A stretch of DNA of 64,000 bases, taken from Mesotoga infera (GTDB lineage: Bacteria; Thermotogota; Thermotogae; Petrotogales; Kosmotogaceae). The notes beneath the pieces were generated by a model. That model was not told the origin of the DNA and made no database searches. It saw only the letters and a list, made by a program, of their open reading frames with translations. Below, piece after piece: positions 17,714 through 28,374 of the stretch (the stretch's first letter is position 1; the number at the start of each line of letters is the position of its first letter). The translations under genes were made by a program, and so were the position numbers. The DNA lies in the NCBI GenBank assembly GCA_011045915.1, contig DSBT01000120.1, positions 7,220 through 71,219 of the forward strand, given 5' to 3'.

Positions 17714-19015
17714 TTACCTCCTTCCTCGTAACTTGCCTTTCTTAACAAATCCCTCGTAGTGCCTGACCATAAGGTGAGTTTCCATCTGCTGCAAAATATC
17801 AATGGCAACACCTACCGCGATAAGAGTCGAGGTCCCTCCTATTGCAAGTCCGCCAATACTGAAGATCCCTCCAACTACCAGCGGAAGCAAGGCTATAACT
17901 ACAAGGAATACAGCACCCATAAAGACCACACGATTCAGCACCCTCTGAATGTACTGCTGAGTCGAAAAACCAGGCCTGATTCCAGGGATGTATCCTCCGT
18001 AATTACGTATATTATCCGATACTTCTCTCACATCAAAAACCAGCGAGCTGTAGAAAAATGTGAAGAAGAATACCATTCCACCATAAAGCAAGATGTAAAC
18101 AGGAGAAGTCTGAGCAAACAAAGTTTGCATGACATTCCTGCCACCGCTTCCTTCGGGGAATGCAGTTGCGATGAACTGGGGAAGCATCATTATTGCCGAA
18201 CTGAATATTATCGGAATAACTCCACCCTGATTAACCTTAATGGGAATATGAGTGGAAACTCCCCCGTATACCCTTCTGCCAGTTACTCTTCTGGCGTACT
18301 GAACTTCAATCCTTCTCTCTCCCATTTGGACATAGATAACTGCAATAACCGTGAAAAGCGCAATTGCCAGCAGTATAGCCCACTGTATAGGAGACAACGC
18401 AACCACTACCTGCATTATTGAAGCCGGATATCTTGCGACAATTCCTCCGAAAATAAGAACAGATATACCGTTTCCTATACCCTTCTCGGTAATTCTCTCT
18501 CCGAGCCATAGCAAGAACATCGTTCCTCCTATTAGAGTTGATGTTGCGAGGAGGACAAAGAGAATCCTGCTTGGGATGGCCACTATTGCAGTGTTCGAAG
18601 AGAGGCCAAATGATATCAGGAATCCCTGGAGACCCGCGAGTCCAACAGTTAGCATTCTTGTGTATCGAGCGTACTTCTTCTTTCCCTCTTCGCCTTCTTT
18701 GAGCATTTCCTTCAGACTTGGAACAACTGCCGTAAGCAATTGAAGCATAATCTGCGCGTTAATGTAAGGAGTAACGCTCATCAAAAATATCGAAAACTGC
18801 TCTACAGCTCCACCAGTGAAGACATCAAAGAAGCCTATAAAACCTCCGGCTCCACCTTCGGAGAGAGTGCCGAAATATGCTGACCAAGCCTGGATATTTA
18901 TTCCCGGGATCGGTATGTAGACACCTAGTCTGAAGATTGCCAGCGCGAGAAACGTGAAGAGAATTCTGTCTCTTAACTCAGGTATCTTGAAAGCGTTCTT
19001 CAGGGCATTCCACAT
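17714..19015 (-). CDS. secY: Preprotein translocase subunit SecY
   Basis: 433 aa, 10 TM segments, GINIQAW...GERITEKGIGNGISVLIF. Confidence 0.95.
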   Translation of the reverse strand: MWNALKNAFKIPELRDRILFTFLALAIFRLGVYIPIPGINIQAWSAYFGTLSEGGAGGFIGFFDVFTGGAVEQFSIFLMSVTPYINAQIMLQLLTAVVPSLKEMLKEGEEGKKKYARYTRMLTVGLAGLQGFLISFGLSSNTAIVAIPSRILFVLLATSTLIGGTMFLLWLGERITEKGIGNGISVLIFGGIVARYPASIMQVVVALSPIQWAILLAIALFTVIAVIYVQMGERRIEVQYARRVTGRRVYGGVSTHIPIKVNQGGVIPIIFSSAIMMLPQFIATAFPEGSGGRNVMQTLFAQTSPVYILLYGGMVFFFTFFYSSLVFDVREVSDNIRNYGGYIPGIRPGFSTQQYIQRVLNRVVFMGAVFLVVIALLPLVVGGIFSIGGLAIGGTSTLIAVGVAIDILQQMETHLMVRHYEGFVKKGKLRGRR

Positions 19016-19017
19016 TA

Positions 19018-19464
19018 TCAGATCACCTCTGCCTTTCCACCAGCAGCTTCGATCTTCTCCTTGGCAGTTGAGCTGAAAGCATTTGCCTTGACTGTAAGAG
19101 ACTTCGTCAATTCACCTCTTGCCAGAATCTTTACTCCGTCCTTGAGATCATTCAATATGTTCATCTGAACGAGAATCTCAGGCGAAATCTCACTACCACT
19201 CTCAAATCTCTCCTCAAGAGTACAAATATTGACAGTGGCATATTCTATAGAGCCTCGGTTCTTGAACCCTTTTATCGGTGTTCTCCTGAATAGGGGTGTC
19301 TGTCCGCCCTCAAATCGTGCAGCCACCTTACCGGTTGCTCTTCCCTGCCCTTTGTGGCCTCTTGTGGCGGTCTTACCCATTCCCGAACCAATACCGCGTC
19401 CTATTCTCTTCTCTCTTTTTCTCGAACCGGGCGTCGGACTTAGATCTTCAACTCTAAAAGCCAT
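19018..19464 (-). CDS. rplO: 50S ribosomal protein L15
   Basis: Start taken at [28 protein letters not shown] (SD GGGGGTAGGAAG). The ORF-track start is 19503. Confidence 0.9.
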   Translation of the reverse strand: MAFRVEDLSPTPGSRKREKRIGRGIGSGMGKTATRGHKGQGRATGKVAARFEGGQTPLFRRTPIKGFKNRGSIEYATVNICTLEERFESGSEISPEILVQMNILNDLKDGVKILARGELTKSLTVKANAFSSTAKEKIEAAGGKAEVI

Positions 19465-19477
19465 CTTCCTACCCCCT

Positions 19478-19666
19478 TCAGTCATCAAGTTCTTCGACAG
19501 CAAGAAGATGTCTTATGGCATTAACCATTCCCCTGATCTGTGGAGAATCCGGCTGGACAATTTCACTGTCCAACTTACCAAGACCTAGCGCCCTTACTGT
19601 CTTCAGCTGTCTTCTGTTGAAGCCGATCGGACTCTTTATCAATCGTATTCTCAAACTCCTTGCCAT
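19478..19666 (-). CDS. rpmD: 50S ribosomal protein L30
   Basis: 62 aa. [25 protein letters not shown]. Confidence 0.9.
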   Translation of the reverse strand: MARSLRIRLIKSPIGFNRRQLKTVRALGLGKLDSEIVQPDSPQIRGMVNAIRHLLAVEELDD

Positions 19667-20271
19667 TACTGACCTGCCTCCTCGCTGATTCCGTGGAAAA
19701 CCCTCTTCAAGGAAATGTCTCTGAGCTTTGCAAAATCCTGCGGGGATCTCAGACTTATCAAACCATTCAGAGCCGCCCTGGCCATGTTAAGCGTATTTGA
19801 TGATCCCAGAGACTTAGTTAGGATATTCTTGACTCCTGCAAGCTCAACAACTGCTCTGACAGGAGAGTTGGCGATGATACCCGTACCTGGACCTGCAGGT
19901 TTCAACATTATCCTTGCGGAATCCTGTCTACCAACAGTCTCATGTGGTACAGTCTCGTTTCTAACCGCAACTTCTGTAACATTCTTCTTGGCTTCTAGAA
20001 CTGCTTTTCTTATTGCGGTCGGTACTTCCCTGGCACTGCCGATTCCAAGACCAACCTTTCCATCGCGGTTGCCCACAACGGCAACTACTCTAAAGGATAG
20101 ATTCTTTCCTCCGGCAACAACTTTTGTAACCCTTCTTATTTCAATTATTCTCTCTTCAAATTCGTTGTCTTCTACCTGCTTTTCTACAGGAGCGTTTCTG
20201 GAAGCTCTGGGGTTTCTTCTTCCTTCACGTGAAGATTTCGAATTGCGATCATTCTTCATCTCTTCAGCCAT
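19666..20271 (-). CDS. rpsE: 30S ribosomal protein S5 (basic N-terminal extension)
   Basis: [30 protein letters not shown]. Start taken at MAEEMKND, preceded by GAGGAGGTGA. The ORF-track start 20322 would overlap rplR by 38 nt. Confidence 0.9.
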   Translation of the reverse strand: MAEEMKNDRNSKSSREGRRNPRASRNAPVEKQVEDNEFEERIIEIRRVTKVVAGGKNLSFRVVAVVGNRDGKVGLGIGSAREVPTAIRKAVLEAKKNVTEVAVRNETVPHETVGRQDSARIMLKPAGPGTGIIANSPVRAVVELAGVKNILTKSLGSSNTLNMARAALNGLISLRSPQDFAKLRDISLKRVFHGISEEAGQ

Positions 20272-20284
20272 CTTCCTCACCTCC

Positions 20285-20653
20285 TCAGAACTGTAGCCCG
20301 CCTGCTCGAGCTCCCTCGGCAAGCGACTTTATTCTTCCATGGAACTTGAATCCCCCACGGTCGAAAACCACGTTGGTGATTCCCTTGTCTTTCGCCTTCT
20401 TTGCGAGGAGCTCTCCGACCTTCTTCGCAGCATCTATATTCCATGACTTATCTATGGAACCCTTGACATCTTTGTCTACCGTTGATGCCGAAACAAGGGT
20501 GACTCCCTTGGAATCATCGATCAGCTGAGCATAAATGTGCTTCTCGCTTCTGAAGACTGCCAGTCTAGGCCTTTCCGGTGTTCCGGAAATTGCAGACCTG
20601 ACGCGAAGATGTCTCTTTCGCCTTTGTTCCTTCTTGTCTTTATGTTTGAACAC
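20285..20653 (-). CDS. rplR: 50S ribosomal protein L18
   Basis: [20 protein letters not shown]...[27 protein letters not shown]. Confidence 0.95.
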   Translation of the reverse strand: MFKHKDKKEQRRKRHLRVRSAISGTPERPRLAVFRSEKHIYAQLIDDSKGVTLVSASTVDKDVKGSIDKSWNIDAAKKVGELLAKKAKDKGITNVVFDRGGFKFHGRIKSLAEGARAGGLQF

Positions 20654-20670
20654 TCCAGCCGCCTCCTTGA

Positions 20671-21225
20671 TTAGACCTTCTTACCGACTTTGGTTCTAAT
20701 TGCTTCTCCCTTGTAACGTATACCTTTTCCGGAATAGACAATCGGAATTCTCCATCGCTTGATGTTCGCAGCAACCTGGCCAACTAAGTATTTGTCGATT
20801 CCCTTGACCACTATAGCCTGCGGCGCCGGTACCTCAAACTCTATTCCTGCGGGAGGATCTATCTCAACAGGATGAGCATAACCGAGATTCATTACAAGTT
20901 TCTTTCCCTGAAGCTGAGCTCTGTAACCTACTCCAACGATTTCAAGTTCCTTAGCAAACCCTTGAGTAACGCCCAGCACCATGTTGTTTATTAGCGACCA
21001 AAAAGTGCCGGCATATTTTGCCAATCTCTTATAGTCACTCTTTCTGATCACAACATCTTCATTCGACTTCACCCAGAGCTCTTTTTCGTCGGCCTCGATC
21101 TTCACAAGAGGAAGGAGTTCCTGTTTCAGCTCGCCTTTAGGTCCCTTCACAGTGATCAAGTTTCCTTCGATTTTGTATGATACACCAGCAGGGATCTTTA
21201 TGGAATGCTTAAGTAGTCTAGACAT
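20671..21225 (-). CDS. rplF: 50S ribosomal protein L6
   Basis: [15 protein letters not shown]...GVGYRA.... Confidence 0.95.
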   Translation of the reverse strand: MSRLLKHSIKIPAGVSYKIEGNLITVKGPKGELKQELLPLVKIEADEKELWVKSNEDVVIRKSDYKRLAKYAGTFWSLINNMVLGVTQGFAKELEIVGVGYRAQLQGKKLVMNLGYAHPVEIDPPAGIEFEVPAPQAIVVKGIDKYLVGQVAANIKRWRIPIVYSGKGIRYKGEAIRTKVGKKV

Positions 21226-21238
21226 CGAAATTCCCTCC

Positions 21239-21643
21239 CTACCACACGTAGCAGATGACTTCGCCGCCGACGCCTTGGGAACGGGCCTGCTTGTCTGTCA
21301 TCACTCCGCTGGAAGTACTAACAATTGCTATTCCCATACCTGACTTCACCTTCGGAAGCTTGTCCTTATTTACGTACATCCTTTTGCCAGGTTTGGAAAT
21401 TCTAACGATTCCAGAGATGACGTTGATCTTGTGCCTCCTGTCTCCCTTGTATTTCAGAAAGACTTTGAGAACACCCTGTTTGCCATCCTCTATATATTTA
21501 TAATCGTCTATATAGCCCTCCGCCTTCAAAATATCCAGAAGCTTCTTCTTCAGGTTAGAAGCCGGTATGTCCACGCTCTCCTTAAAGGCAGCGTTGGCAT
21601 TTCTTATTCTAGTGAGCATGTCGGCTATGGGATCACTCCACAT
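21239..21643 (-). CDS. rpsH: 30S ribosomal protein S8
   Basis: [13 protein letters not shown]...GGEVICYVW. Confidence 0.95.
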   Translation of the reverse strand: MWSDPIADMLTRIRNANAAFKESVDIPASNLKKKLLDILKAEGYIDDYKYIEDGKQGVLKVFLKYKGDRRHKINVISGIVRISKPGKRMYVNKDKLPKVKSGMGIAIVSTSSGVMTDKQARSQGVGGEVICYVW

Positions 21644-21656
21644 TACATTTCCCTCC

Positions 21657-21842
21657 TCACCAGCTTGCTTTCTTCACACCGGGGAGTTTTCCCTCGGAAG
21701 CCAGCTGTCTAAAGCACACTCTGCAAAGACCGAACTCTCTATAAACTGATCTAGGTCTGCCACAAAGATTGCATCTGTTATATTTCCTTACTTTGAACTT
21801 GGGTTCTCGTTTCCACTTTTCGACTAATGATTTCTTCGCCAT
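21657..21842 (-). CDS. rpsZ: 30S ribosomal protein S14 type Z (zinc form)
   Basis: 61 aa. [22 protein letters not shown]. Confidence 0.95.
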   Translation of the reverse strand: MAKKSLVEKWKREPKFKVRKYNRCNLCGRPRSVYREFGLCRVCFRQLASEGKLPGVKKASW

Positions 21843-21854
21843 GCACCTACCTCC

Positions 21855-22415
21855 TTAGACCATGACTCTTTTGAAAGGAAGTCCAAGAAGGGCTAACAAT
21901 CTTCTTGCTTCCTCATCGGTCCTGGCCGTTGTAACAACTATTATGTCCATTCCCTGAACTCTTTTTATTTGATCCGGCACAATTTCGGGAAAGACTAGCT
22001 GTTCGGGAAGCCCCATTGCATAATTACCTCTACCATCGAATGAGTCGGGATCAACGCCTCTGAAGTCTCTTAGCTTAGGAAGCACAACATTTATAAGCTT
22101 ATAAAGGAAGTTGTACATCCTGGGTCCTCTTAGGGTAACCTTCAGTCCCACCGGCATTCCGTCACGAAGTTTGAAGTTCGCGATACTTTTCTTTGCTTTC
22201 GTCACCACTGGCTTCTGCCCAACAATTGTCATCAGCTCTTTGCCATGTAAATCGAGAAGGTCAGCATTTCTTGAACCTTCGCCAATCCCCATATTGACAA
22301 CTATCTTCGAAACTCTAGGGACCTCCAGCATATTTTTGTAGCCAAATTCCTTCGACATGGTAGGGACTACTTCACTTTCAAATTTATCTTTCAAAGGGAC
22401 GTATTCGTATGCCAT
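21855..22415 (-). CDS. rplE: 50S ribosomal protein L5
   Basis: [12 protein letters not shown]... The ATG lies 8 nt after the GGGGAGG SD. The ORF-track start is TTG 22421. Confidence 0.95.
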   Translation of the reverse strand: MAYEYVPLKDKFESEVVPTMSKEFGYKNMLEVPRVSKIVVNMGIGEGSRNADLLDLHGKELMTIVGQKPVVTKAKKSIANFKLRDGMPVGLKVTLRGPRMYNFLYKLINVVLPKLRDFRGVDPDSFDGRGNYAMGLPEQLVFPEIVPDQIKRVQGMDIIVVTTARTDEEARRLLALLGLPFKRVMV

Positions 22416-22431
22416 CAACAATTCCTCCCCA

Positions 22432-22761
22432 TCAGACCTTATCGATTATCTCGCCGCACTTCTTGCAAGATCTGACCTTTTCGCCATTTTCAAGAATTTT
22501 GTGGGCGACTCTCGTAGGCTTATTACAGTTGGGGCAGACAACCATTACTTTGGAAACGTATATTGGGGATTCCCTTTCAATGATTCCACCTTCACGGTAT
22601 TGATTGGTTGGTCTCTGATGCTTCTTCGTGAAGTTGACACCCTCAACAATTATCTTCTTCTCCGAGGGAATTGTCTTAAGAACTTTGCCTTTCTTGCCCC
22701 TGTCTTTGCCTGAAATAACCATTACTGTATCTTCTCTTTTCACTCTACTCATTTTGCTCAC
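22432..22761 (-). CDS. rplX: 50S ribosomal protein L24 (Cys4 variant)
   Basis: [15 protein letters not shown] (KOW motif). C-terminal CPNC...CKKC. Confidence 0.95.
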   Translation of the reverse strand: MSKMSRVKREDTVMVISGKDRGKKGKVLKTIPSEKKIIVEGVNFTKKHQRPTNQYREGGIIERESPIYVSKVMVVCPNCNKPTRVAHKILENGEKVRSCKKCGEIIDKV

Positions 22762-22764
22762 TCC

Positions 22765-23133
22765 TCACCAGACTTCCTGGGCTAGAGAAGCTATCTTGGA
22801 GAATCCCTTATCCCTTATTTCTCTAGCAACAGGTCCAAAGACGCGTGTTCCTCTGGGCTGGTTCTGCTTGTCAATAATCACCGCAGCATTGTCATCGAAG
22901 CGAATGTAGGTGCCGTCTGGTCTGCGAATCTCCTTCGCCGTTCTAACAAGAACGGCCCTTACGATATCGCCCTTCTTGAAATCTGTGTTCGGCGCCACAT
23001 CCCTCACTGCTGCAACAACTATGTCGCCTATGCTTCCTGATCTCTTTCTGTACCCGCCGGTGACCTGTATCACCTTGATCATTCTCGCACCTGAGTTGTC
23101 TGCGATCTTAAGGTATGATTCAGATTGGATCAT
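22765..23133 (-). CDS. rplN: 50S ribosomal protein L14
   Basis: [24 protein letters not shown]... Confidence 0.95.
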   Translation of the reverse strand: MIQSESYLKIADNSGARMIKVIQVTGGYRKRSGSIGDIVVAAVRDVAPNTDFKKGDIVRAVLVRTAKEIRRPDGTYIRFDDNAAVIIDKQNQPRGTRVFGPVAREIRDKGFSKIASLAQEVW

Positions 23134-23435
23134 TTCTGGTCACCTCCGGAGCCTTCAACGGCCTCGGGAGTTTCGGGAATTTCTCCCGTGTAGATATCCT
23201 TCTTGAGAACCTTAACGAGTTTGAACTTCTTCATCTTGCTAAGGGGTCTGCACTCTTCAATTTCAACTGTATCGCCCATTCCAGCAAGACCTTCTGGATC
23301 ATCTGCGTGATACTTCTTAGTAGTTTTCATGGTTTTCCCATAGAAGGGATGTATGTGCGTCCTTGTAACACTTACCACTATCGTTTTGTCCATCTTGTCA
23401 CTTACTACCGTTCCTACTAATGTCTTTCTTGGCAT
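23130..23435 (-). CDS. rpsQ: 30S ribosomal protein S17
   Basis: [18 protein letters not shown]...HPFYGK... Confidence 0.95.
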   Translation of the reverse strand: MPRKTLVGTVVSDKMDKTIVVSVTRTHIHPFYGKTMKTTKKYHADDPEGLAGMGDTVEIEECRPLSKMKKFKLVKVLKKDIYTGEIPETPEAVEGSGGDQK

Positions 23436-23441
23436 GGCGGA

Positions 23442-23642
23442 CTACCTCCTTATCCCCAGTTCACGACCGCGAAGGATGGTCTTTATCCTTGCTATGTCGC
23501 GCTTTACAACAGTTATCTGGGAATGGTTCTTCAACCTGTTCATTTCAAGCTGGAACCTGAGGTCCATCAGCTTTCTCTTTGAATCCTCGAGCATCTGAGT
23601 GAGTTCTTCATCGGTGAACTTTTGGAGTTCAACGGCTTTCAT
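23442..23642 (-). CDS. rpmC: 50S ribosomal protein L29
   Basis: 66 aa. ELTQMLEDSKRKLMDLRFQL. Confidence 0.9.
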   Translation of the reverse strand: MKAVELQKFTDEELTQMLEDSKRKLMDLRFQLEMNRLKNHSQITVVKRDIARIKTILRGRELGIRR

Positions 23643-24067
23643 CAGAGCTCACCTCCTATCTGATACCTCGGTACTATCTTTGTTCTGATAGGTAGTTTGG
23701 AAGCCGCTTTTTCAAGAGCCTCTTTCGCAAGCTGGTCAGGCACTCCGCCTATTTCGAACATGATCTTCCCGGGCTTGACAACAGCTACCCAGCCTTCGAC
23801 ATCTCCCTTTCCCTTCCCCATTCTCACTCCGATTCCTTTTGAGGTAATAGGTTTGTCAGGGAAGATTCGAATCCAGAGATTACCATTCCTCTTCAGTGTT
23901 CTCGTAATTGCAATTCGGCAGGACTCGATCTGCTGAGCAGATATCCAATGTGGTTCGAGGGCCTTTATTCCCCACTCTCCAAAGTGAACAATGGTCCCAC
24001 CTTTTGCCTTACCGTTCATCTTACCTCTTTGTTGCTTCCTGTATTTTACCCTTTTGGGCATTAACAT
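23642..24067 (-). CDS. rplP: 50S ribosomal protein L16
   Basis: [17 protein letters not shown]... Confidence 0.95.
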   Translation of the reverse strand: MLMPKRVKYRKQQRGKMNGKAKGGTIVHFGEWGIKALEPHWISAQQIESCRIAITRTLKRNGNLWIRIFPDKPITSKGIGVRMGKGKGDVEGWVAVVKPGKIMFEIGGVPDQLAKEALEKAASKLPIRTKIVPRYQIGGEL

Positions 24068-24091
24068 TATGAACTACCTCCCCTCTTGCAA

Positions 24092-24721
24092 TTACACCTG
24101 TACGTCGCCTTTGTAGATCCATACCTTCACACCGATTATTCCCATCTTTGTGAAAGCTGTGGTGTAACCGTAGTCCAGATCAGCTCTGAGGGTCTGGAGA
24201 GGAAGTCTTCCTTCCAGGTACCACTCTGTCCTGGCAATATCAGCTCCGTTCAGCCTTCCTGAAACCATTATCTTTATCCCTTTAGCTCCCTTTCTCATTG
24301 CAGTGAATATTGCTCTCTTCATGGCTCTCTTATAGGAAGCTCGTTTCTCAATTCTTGACGCGATGTCTTCAGCAACAAGGATCGCATCGGTCTCGGGTGT
24401 TTTAACTTCTTCAATATTCAGCTGGAACTGCCTGGTTATAAGCTTCTCCAGCCGCTGCCTCAGCAGCTTGACTTCACTACCCTTCTTTCCAATCATCACA
24501 CCAGGTCTGGCGCATTTGATGGTAATAACCACCTTACCTGGCTCCGGTCTCTCGATGTAAATGTCGGAAACTCCGGCAGCCATGTAATTCTTCTTAAGAA
24601 AGTCCCTTATCTTAAGATCCTCGAGAAGATATTCCTTGTAATTCTTCTCGTTTATCCAACGGGCTTTCCAATCTTTACTGACACCAAGCCTGAATCCATA
24701 AGGATGTACCTTCTGACCCAC
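24092..24721 (-). CDS. rpsC: 30S ribosomal protein S3
   Basis: [22 protein letters not shown]... Confidence 0.95.
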   Translation of the reverse strand: MGQKVHPYGFRLGVSKDWKARWINEKNYKEYLLEDLKIRDFLKKNYMAAGVSDIYIERPEPGKVVITIKCARPGVMIGKKGSEVKLLRQRLEKLITRQFQLNIEEVKTPETDAILVAEDIASRIEKRASYKRAMKRAIFTAMRKGAKGIKIMVSGRLNGADIARTEWYLEGRLPLQTLRADLDYGYTTAFTKMGIIGVKVWIYKGDVQV

Positions 24722-24731
24722 TTATGTCACC

Positions 24732-25184
24732 TCACTCCTGAGGATTGCTAATCTCTTCGCGGTTTGCTACAACAACGGTTATGTGGCTAAATCGTTTCTG
24801 CTGAATATCAGCTCTTCCTCTTCCTCGCGGCCACAGTCGCTTCATTCTCGGGCCATCATCGACAACAGCTTTTTCAACATAGAGACTATCGATATTTAGG
24901 CCAAAATTGTTCTCTGCGTTTGCCACTGCAGAGCGCAATACTTTGTAGACCAAACGGGAGGCCTTCTTAGGTGAGAACTCAAGAATCTGAAACGCCTCGC
25001 CAACTTCCCTATTTCTTATCGCATTTACAACTGATCTCGCCTTTCTAGGGGAGATTCTTACAAACTTTGCAACTGCCTTTGCTTGAGTCACAGGAGTTGC
25101 TGCTTTTTCCTCTTTGCGCTTCTTATGGAGAACTGAACGCTTGTCTCTCTGTCCCGCCTGCGCCATCTCAGCATCCCCCTTCAT
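24732..25184 (-). CDS. rplV: 50S ribosomal protein L22 (N-terminal basic extension)
   Basis: [27 protein letters not shown] overlap with the rpsS stop. Confidence 0.9.
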   Translation of the reverse strand: MKGDAEMAQAGQRDKRSVLHKKRKEEKAATPVTQAKAVAKFVRISPRKARSVVNAIRNREVGEAFQILEFSPKKASRLVYKVLRSAVANAENNFGLNIDSLYVEKAVVDDGPRMKRLWPRGRGRADIQQKRFSHITVVVANREEISNPQE

Positions 25185-25471
25185 CTGACTTCGCCTTTCT
25201 TACTCTTCTTATCTGCATGCCCACCGAACCTCCTGGTGGGAGAGAACTCACCCAGTCTGTGTCCAATCATATTCTCTGAAATGTAAACCGGTATATGCTT
25301 CATTCCGTTGTAGACAGCTATTGTATGTCCAATCATTTCAGGAAGAATCATGGATGCTCTGCTCCAAGTCTTAATGGGTTTCTTTTCTCCCTTTTCATTC
25401 AGCTCTCTAATCCTTTTCAAGAGACTCGGGTGTACGTATGGGCCTTTCTTCTTAGATCTAGACATCTTCAA
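25181..25471 (-). CDS. rpsS: 30S ribosomal protein S19
   Basis: [18 protein letters not shown]...GHTIAVYNG. Confidence 0.95.
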   Translation of the reverse strand: MKMSRSKKKGPYVHPSLLKRIRELNEKGEKKPIKTWSRASMILPEMIGHTIAVYNGMKHIPVYISENMIGHRLGEFSPTRRFGGHADKKSKKGEVR

Positions 25472-25484
25472 CTACACCCCCTGA

Positions 25485-26312
25485 TCAATTCTGATTCCTG
25501 CGTTTGACTATTAGGTTATCTGATGGCTTCTTGTTCTTCCGCGTTTTATAACCTCTGGCCGGCTGTCCCCAGGGACTCTGAGGAAGGTGGCCCTTAGAAC
25601 GTCCTTCTCCCCCACCCATCGGGTGATCGACTGGATTCATCGTCATGCCTCTGACCGACGGCCGAACTCCAAGCCATCTCCTTCTTCCTGCTTTCCCATG
25701 TATCTCATTCGAATGTTCCTCATTTCCAACCATGCCGATCGTTGCCATGCATTTCACTACAACTCTTCTCAGTTCGCCGGAAGGCATTCTAAGAAGCGCA
25801 TATCTTCCCTCTTTAGCCATCAGCTGGGCATACGTTCCCGCTGCTCTAGCAATCTGACCACCCTTGCCGGGCAAGAACTCAATGTTGTGGACGATCGTAC
25901 CCACAGGGATTCTCTCTAGTGGCATGGAGTTTCCAACAGATATTTCGGCTTGGTCTCCGTTCTGAATACCATCTCCGACCTTCAGACCCTTCGGGGCCAG
26001 CATATATCTTTTCTCACCATCGATGTACTGGAGAAGAGCAATCCTTGCCGTTCTGTTTGGGTCATACTCTATCGATATTACCTTCGCAGGAATACCTATT
26101 TTGTCTCTCTTGAAATCGATAACTCTGTAACGCCTCTTAGTTCCCCCACCCTGATGCCTAACTGTTATTCTCCCATGATGGTTTCTACCGGCGTTACTTT
26201 TAATAGGCTCTAGAAGAGACTTTTCCGGTTCAGTCTTCGTAACTTCCTTGAAGTCGGGAAGAAGCATAGACCTTCTGCTCTTGGTGACGGGATTAAACTT
26301 TCTCAATGCCAT
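25485..26312 (-). CDS. rplB: 50S ribosomal protein L2
   Basis: [14 protein letters not shown]...[16 protein letters not shown]. Confidence 0.95.
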   Translation of the reverse strand: MALRKFNPVTKSRRSMLLPDFKEVTKTEPEKSLLEPIKSNAGRNHHGRITVRHQGGGTKRRYRVIDFKRDKIGIPAKVISIEYDPNRTARIALLQYIDGEKRYMLAPKGLKVGDGIQNGDQAEISVGNSMPLERIPVGTIVHNIEFLPGKGGQIARAAGTYAQLMAKEGRYALLRMPSGELRRVVVKCMATIGMVGNEEHSNEIHGKAGRRRWLGVRPSVRGMTMNPVDHPMGGGEGRSKGHLPQSPWGQPARGYKTRKNKKPSDNLIVKRRNQN

Positions 26313-26328
26313 GTCATCTCACCTCACC

Positions 26329-26628
26329 TTAGTGTTGGCCTTCGAGTTCTTTAATCCTGTATCCTGTCACTAGCGTAACAATTGCCTTCTTCCAGGACCT
26401 CGACTTGCCAACAAAGACACCACGTTTCTTTGGTTTTCCCTTCATGTTCATGATATTTACTTGTTCAACCCTCACATTGAAAAGCTTCTCAACGGCGGCT
26501 TTGACCGTATGCTTATTCGCATCTCTATGAACCTCAAAAATGTACTTGTTCATTTCACCAGAAGCAACTGTTTTTTCGGTGATCAGCGGTCTGAGGAGAA
26601 CGTCTCCGTAATACTTCTTTTCAGTCAT
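26329..26628 (-). CDS. rplW: 50S ribosomal protein L23
   Basis: LLRPLITEKTV...YIFEVHRDANKHTVKAAVEKLFNV. Confidence 0.95.
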   Translation of the reverse strand: MTEKKYYGDVLLRPLITEKTVASGEMNKYIFEVHRDANKHTVKAAVEKLFNVRVEQVNIMNMKGKPKKRGVFVGKSRSWKKAIVTLVTGYRIKELEGQH

Positions 26629-27308
26629 TAACCGAGCACCTCCTCGATCTTACGAACAAGATCAGTCGTGATCACAAGCTTTTCGTGATTAATAATGTCG
26701 TATACGTTAAGTCCGTCGATATTTGCCTTGCTAGTGACGGATGTATTTCCAGGATTATCCGCAATTATTACCTTCACGCCATAAATGTTTTTCCCGGAGA
26801 GTCTAACGTTTTGATACTCGTCTTTCTGCCATGGCAGAACGAAGAGTGTCTTCTGCGACTTATCGAGTCCAAGATTACTCAAGACCTCTCTTAGCTGCTT
26901 TGTCTTTGGATTGTCAAACTTGAGATCATCCAAAACTATCAGATTTCCTTCACTGAGTCTGAGACTCAATGCAGATCTTAGCGCAACCTTCTTCATTTTC
27001 TTGGTCATGTTGAACGACCAGTCTTTTGGCTTCGGTCCATGAATTACTCCACCATGTCTCCAAAGTGGACTTCTCGATGAACCTACTCTTGCTCTTCCTG
27101 TGTGTTTCTGGGCCCAAGGTTTTCTTCCCCCGCCCCTTACCTCTGATCTTGTCTTAGCCGAAGCCAGTCCGGCACGTCTTCCTGAAAGCTGCATATTAAC
27201 GTATCTGAACATCAGATCTTTGTTCGGTTCAACGCTAAAGACGCTTTCAATCAGTTCTACAGTGCCAACTTTCTGGCCGGCCATATTCACAACGTCGGCT
27301 TGAGCCAT
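26628..27308 (-). CDS. rplD: 50S ribosomal protein L4
   Basis: Start at MAQADVVNM, 7 nt after [39 protein letters not shown]. The ORF-track start is 27332. Confidence 0.95.
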   Translation of the reverse strand: MAQADVVNMAGQKVGTVELIESVFSVEPNKDLMFRYVNMQLSGRRAGLASAKTRSEVRGGGRKPWAQKHTGRARVGSSRSPLWRHGGVIHGPKPKDWSFNMTKKMKKVALRSALSLRLSEGNLIVLDDLKFDNPKTKQLREVLSNLGLDKSQKTLFVLPWQKDEYQNVRLSGKNIYGVKVIIADNPGNTSVTSKANIDGLNVYDIINHEKLVITTDLVRKIEEVLG

Positions 27309-27340
27309 TGTTGCGTCCTCCTTCCAACACATTTTCGGGG

Positions 27341-27973
27341 CTATCTGTTTGCGCTCTTAATAACTAAGAGGCCGCCCCTCGCTCCTGGAACTGCGCCATA
27401 GATGGCTATGAGTCCATTCTCTGCATCGACTTTTACCACGGTTAGATTCTTTACTGTCTTCTTTTCGTTACCGTACTGACCGGGCATTTTCTTACCCTTC
27501 CAGATCTTCGCTGGATCAGTGTGATTACCCACTGAACCCAATTCTCTGTGGAATTTCGAACCATGAGAAGCCTCTCCACCTCTGAAGTTCCATCTCTTCA
27601 TCGCGCCAGAAAAACCTCTACCCTTAGAAAACCCAGTTACGTCTACCTTTTCGCCTTCAGAAAAGACGCCAGCTTCTATGATATCACCAACATTGAAGTC
27701 ATTGATGTTACCAACCTTGAACTCTTTGAGAACTCTATGTGGTTTGACCTTTACCGCTTCAAACTTCTTCACCAGAGGCTTTGTCAGTATTTTTTTCGCT
27801 CTTTCTGGAGTTAGCTCTTCGAATCCAACTTGAATGGCGTCGTATTCGCCGCCTTCACTCGTCTTTTTCTGTACTACTGTACATGGACCGGCTTTCACTA
27901 CGGTAACTCCGAAGGCTTTTCCATCTTTGTATATAGTTGTCATACCGAGTTTTCTACCCAATATACCTTTCAT
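27341..27973 (-). CDS. rplC: 50S ribosomal protein L3
   Basis: [15 protein letters not shown]... Confidence 0.95.
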   Translation of the reverse strand: MKGILGRKLGMTTIYKDGKAFGVTVVKAGPCTVVQKKTSEGGEYDAIQVGFEELTPERAKKILTKPLVKKFEAVKVKPHRVLKEFKVGNINDFNVGDIIEAGVFSEGEKVDVTGFSKGRGFSGAMKRWNFRGGEASHGSKFHRELGSVGNHTDPAKIWKGKKMPGQYGNEKKTVKNLTVVKVDAENGLIAIYGAVPGARGGLLVIKSANR

Positions 27974-27995
27974 CTATCACACCTCCGAAGTCTCT

Positions 27996-28304
27996 TTACA
28001 GTTTAATCTCCACGTCTACACCCGCGGGGAGGTCGACTTTCATAAGAGAATCTATCGTTTTTGGTGTAGGATCTAGTATCTCAATCAACCTCTTATGAAC
28101 TAGCTTCTCAAACTGCTCTCTTGCATCCTTGAACTTGTGTGGCGAAGTTAGAACAGTGTAGAGCGTCCTCTCCGTTGGCAATGGCACCGGACCCGATACC
28201 TTGGCATTGGTGAGCTTTACAGCTTCGACAATTTTCTTGGCCGACAAGTCAAGCAGTTTATGATCGTAAGCCTTCAAGCGAATCCTGATTTTTTGCTTGG
28301 CCAT
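27996..28304 (-). CDS. rpsJ: 30S ribosomal protein S10
   Basis: [23 protein letters not shown]... Confidence 0.95.
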   Translation of the reverse strand: MAKQKIRIRLKAYDHKLLDLSAKKIVEAVKLTNAKVSGPVPLPTERTLYTVLTSPHKFKDAREQFEKLVHKRLIEILDPTPKTIDSLMKVDLPAGVDVEIKL

Positions 28305-28326
28305 GCCTAAATGTTCCCTCCTTCTG

Positions 28327-28374
28327 TTAACAGGGAAGGGAGATTACTCCCCCTTCTCCTGGAAAGACCGTTAA
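28327..28374 (-). other. Nested GC-rich stem-loop filling the tuf-rpsJ spacer
   Basis: In the minus-strand RNA the outer stem UUAACGG/CUGUUAA includes one G-U pair, which is an A-C mismatch in the plus-strand sense. The inner imperfect stem is GGAGAAGGGGGAG-UAAU-CUCCCUUCCCU. No U-tract follows. Confidence 0.35.

Noticed and set aside
17759-18421. 220-aa plus-strand ORF antisense to secY. Similar long antisense ORFs occur at 19715-20296, 8259-8744, 6214-6639, 10047-10526, 52845-53399 and 55246-55890.
   Set aside because: Each lies entirely opposite a strongly supported conserved gene. Their compositions are low-complexity (S/T/P/R-rich), they lack SD sequences, and they are the expected shadow ORFs of purine-rich coding strands.
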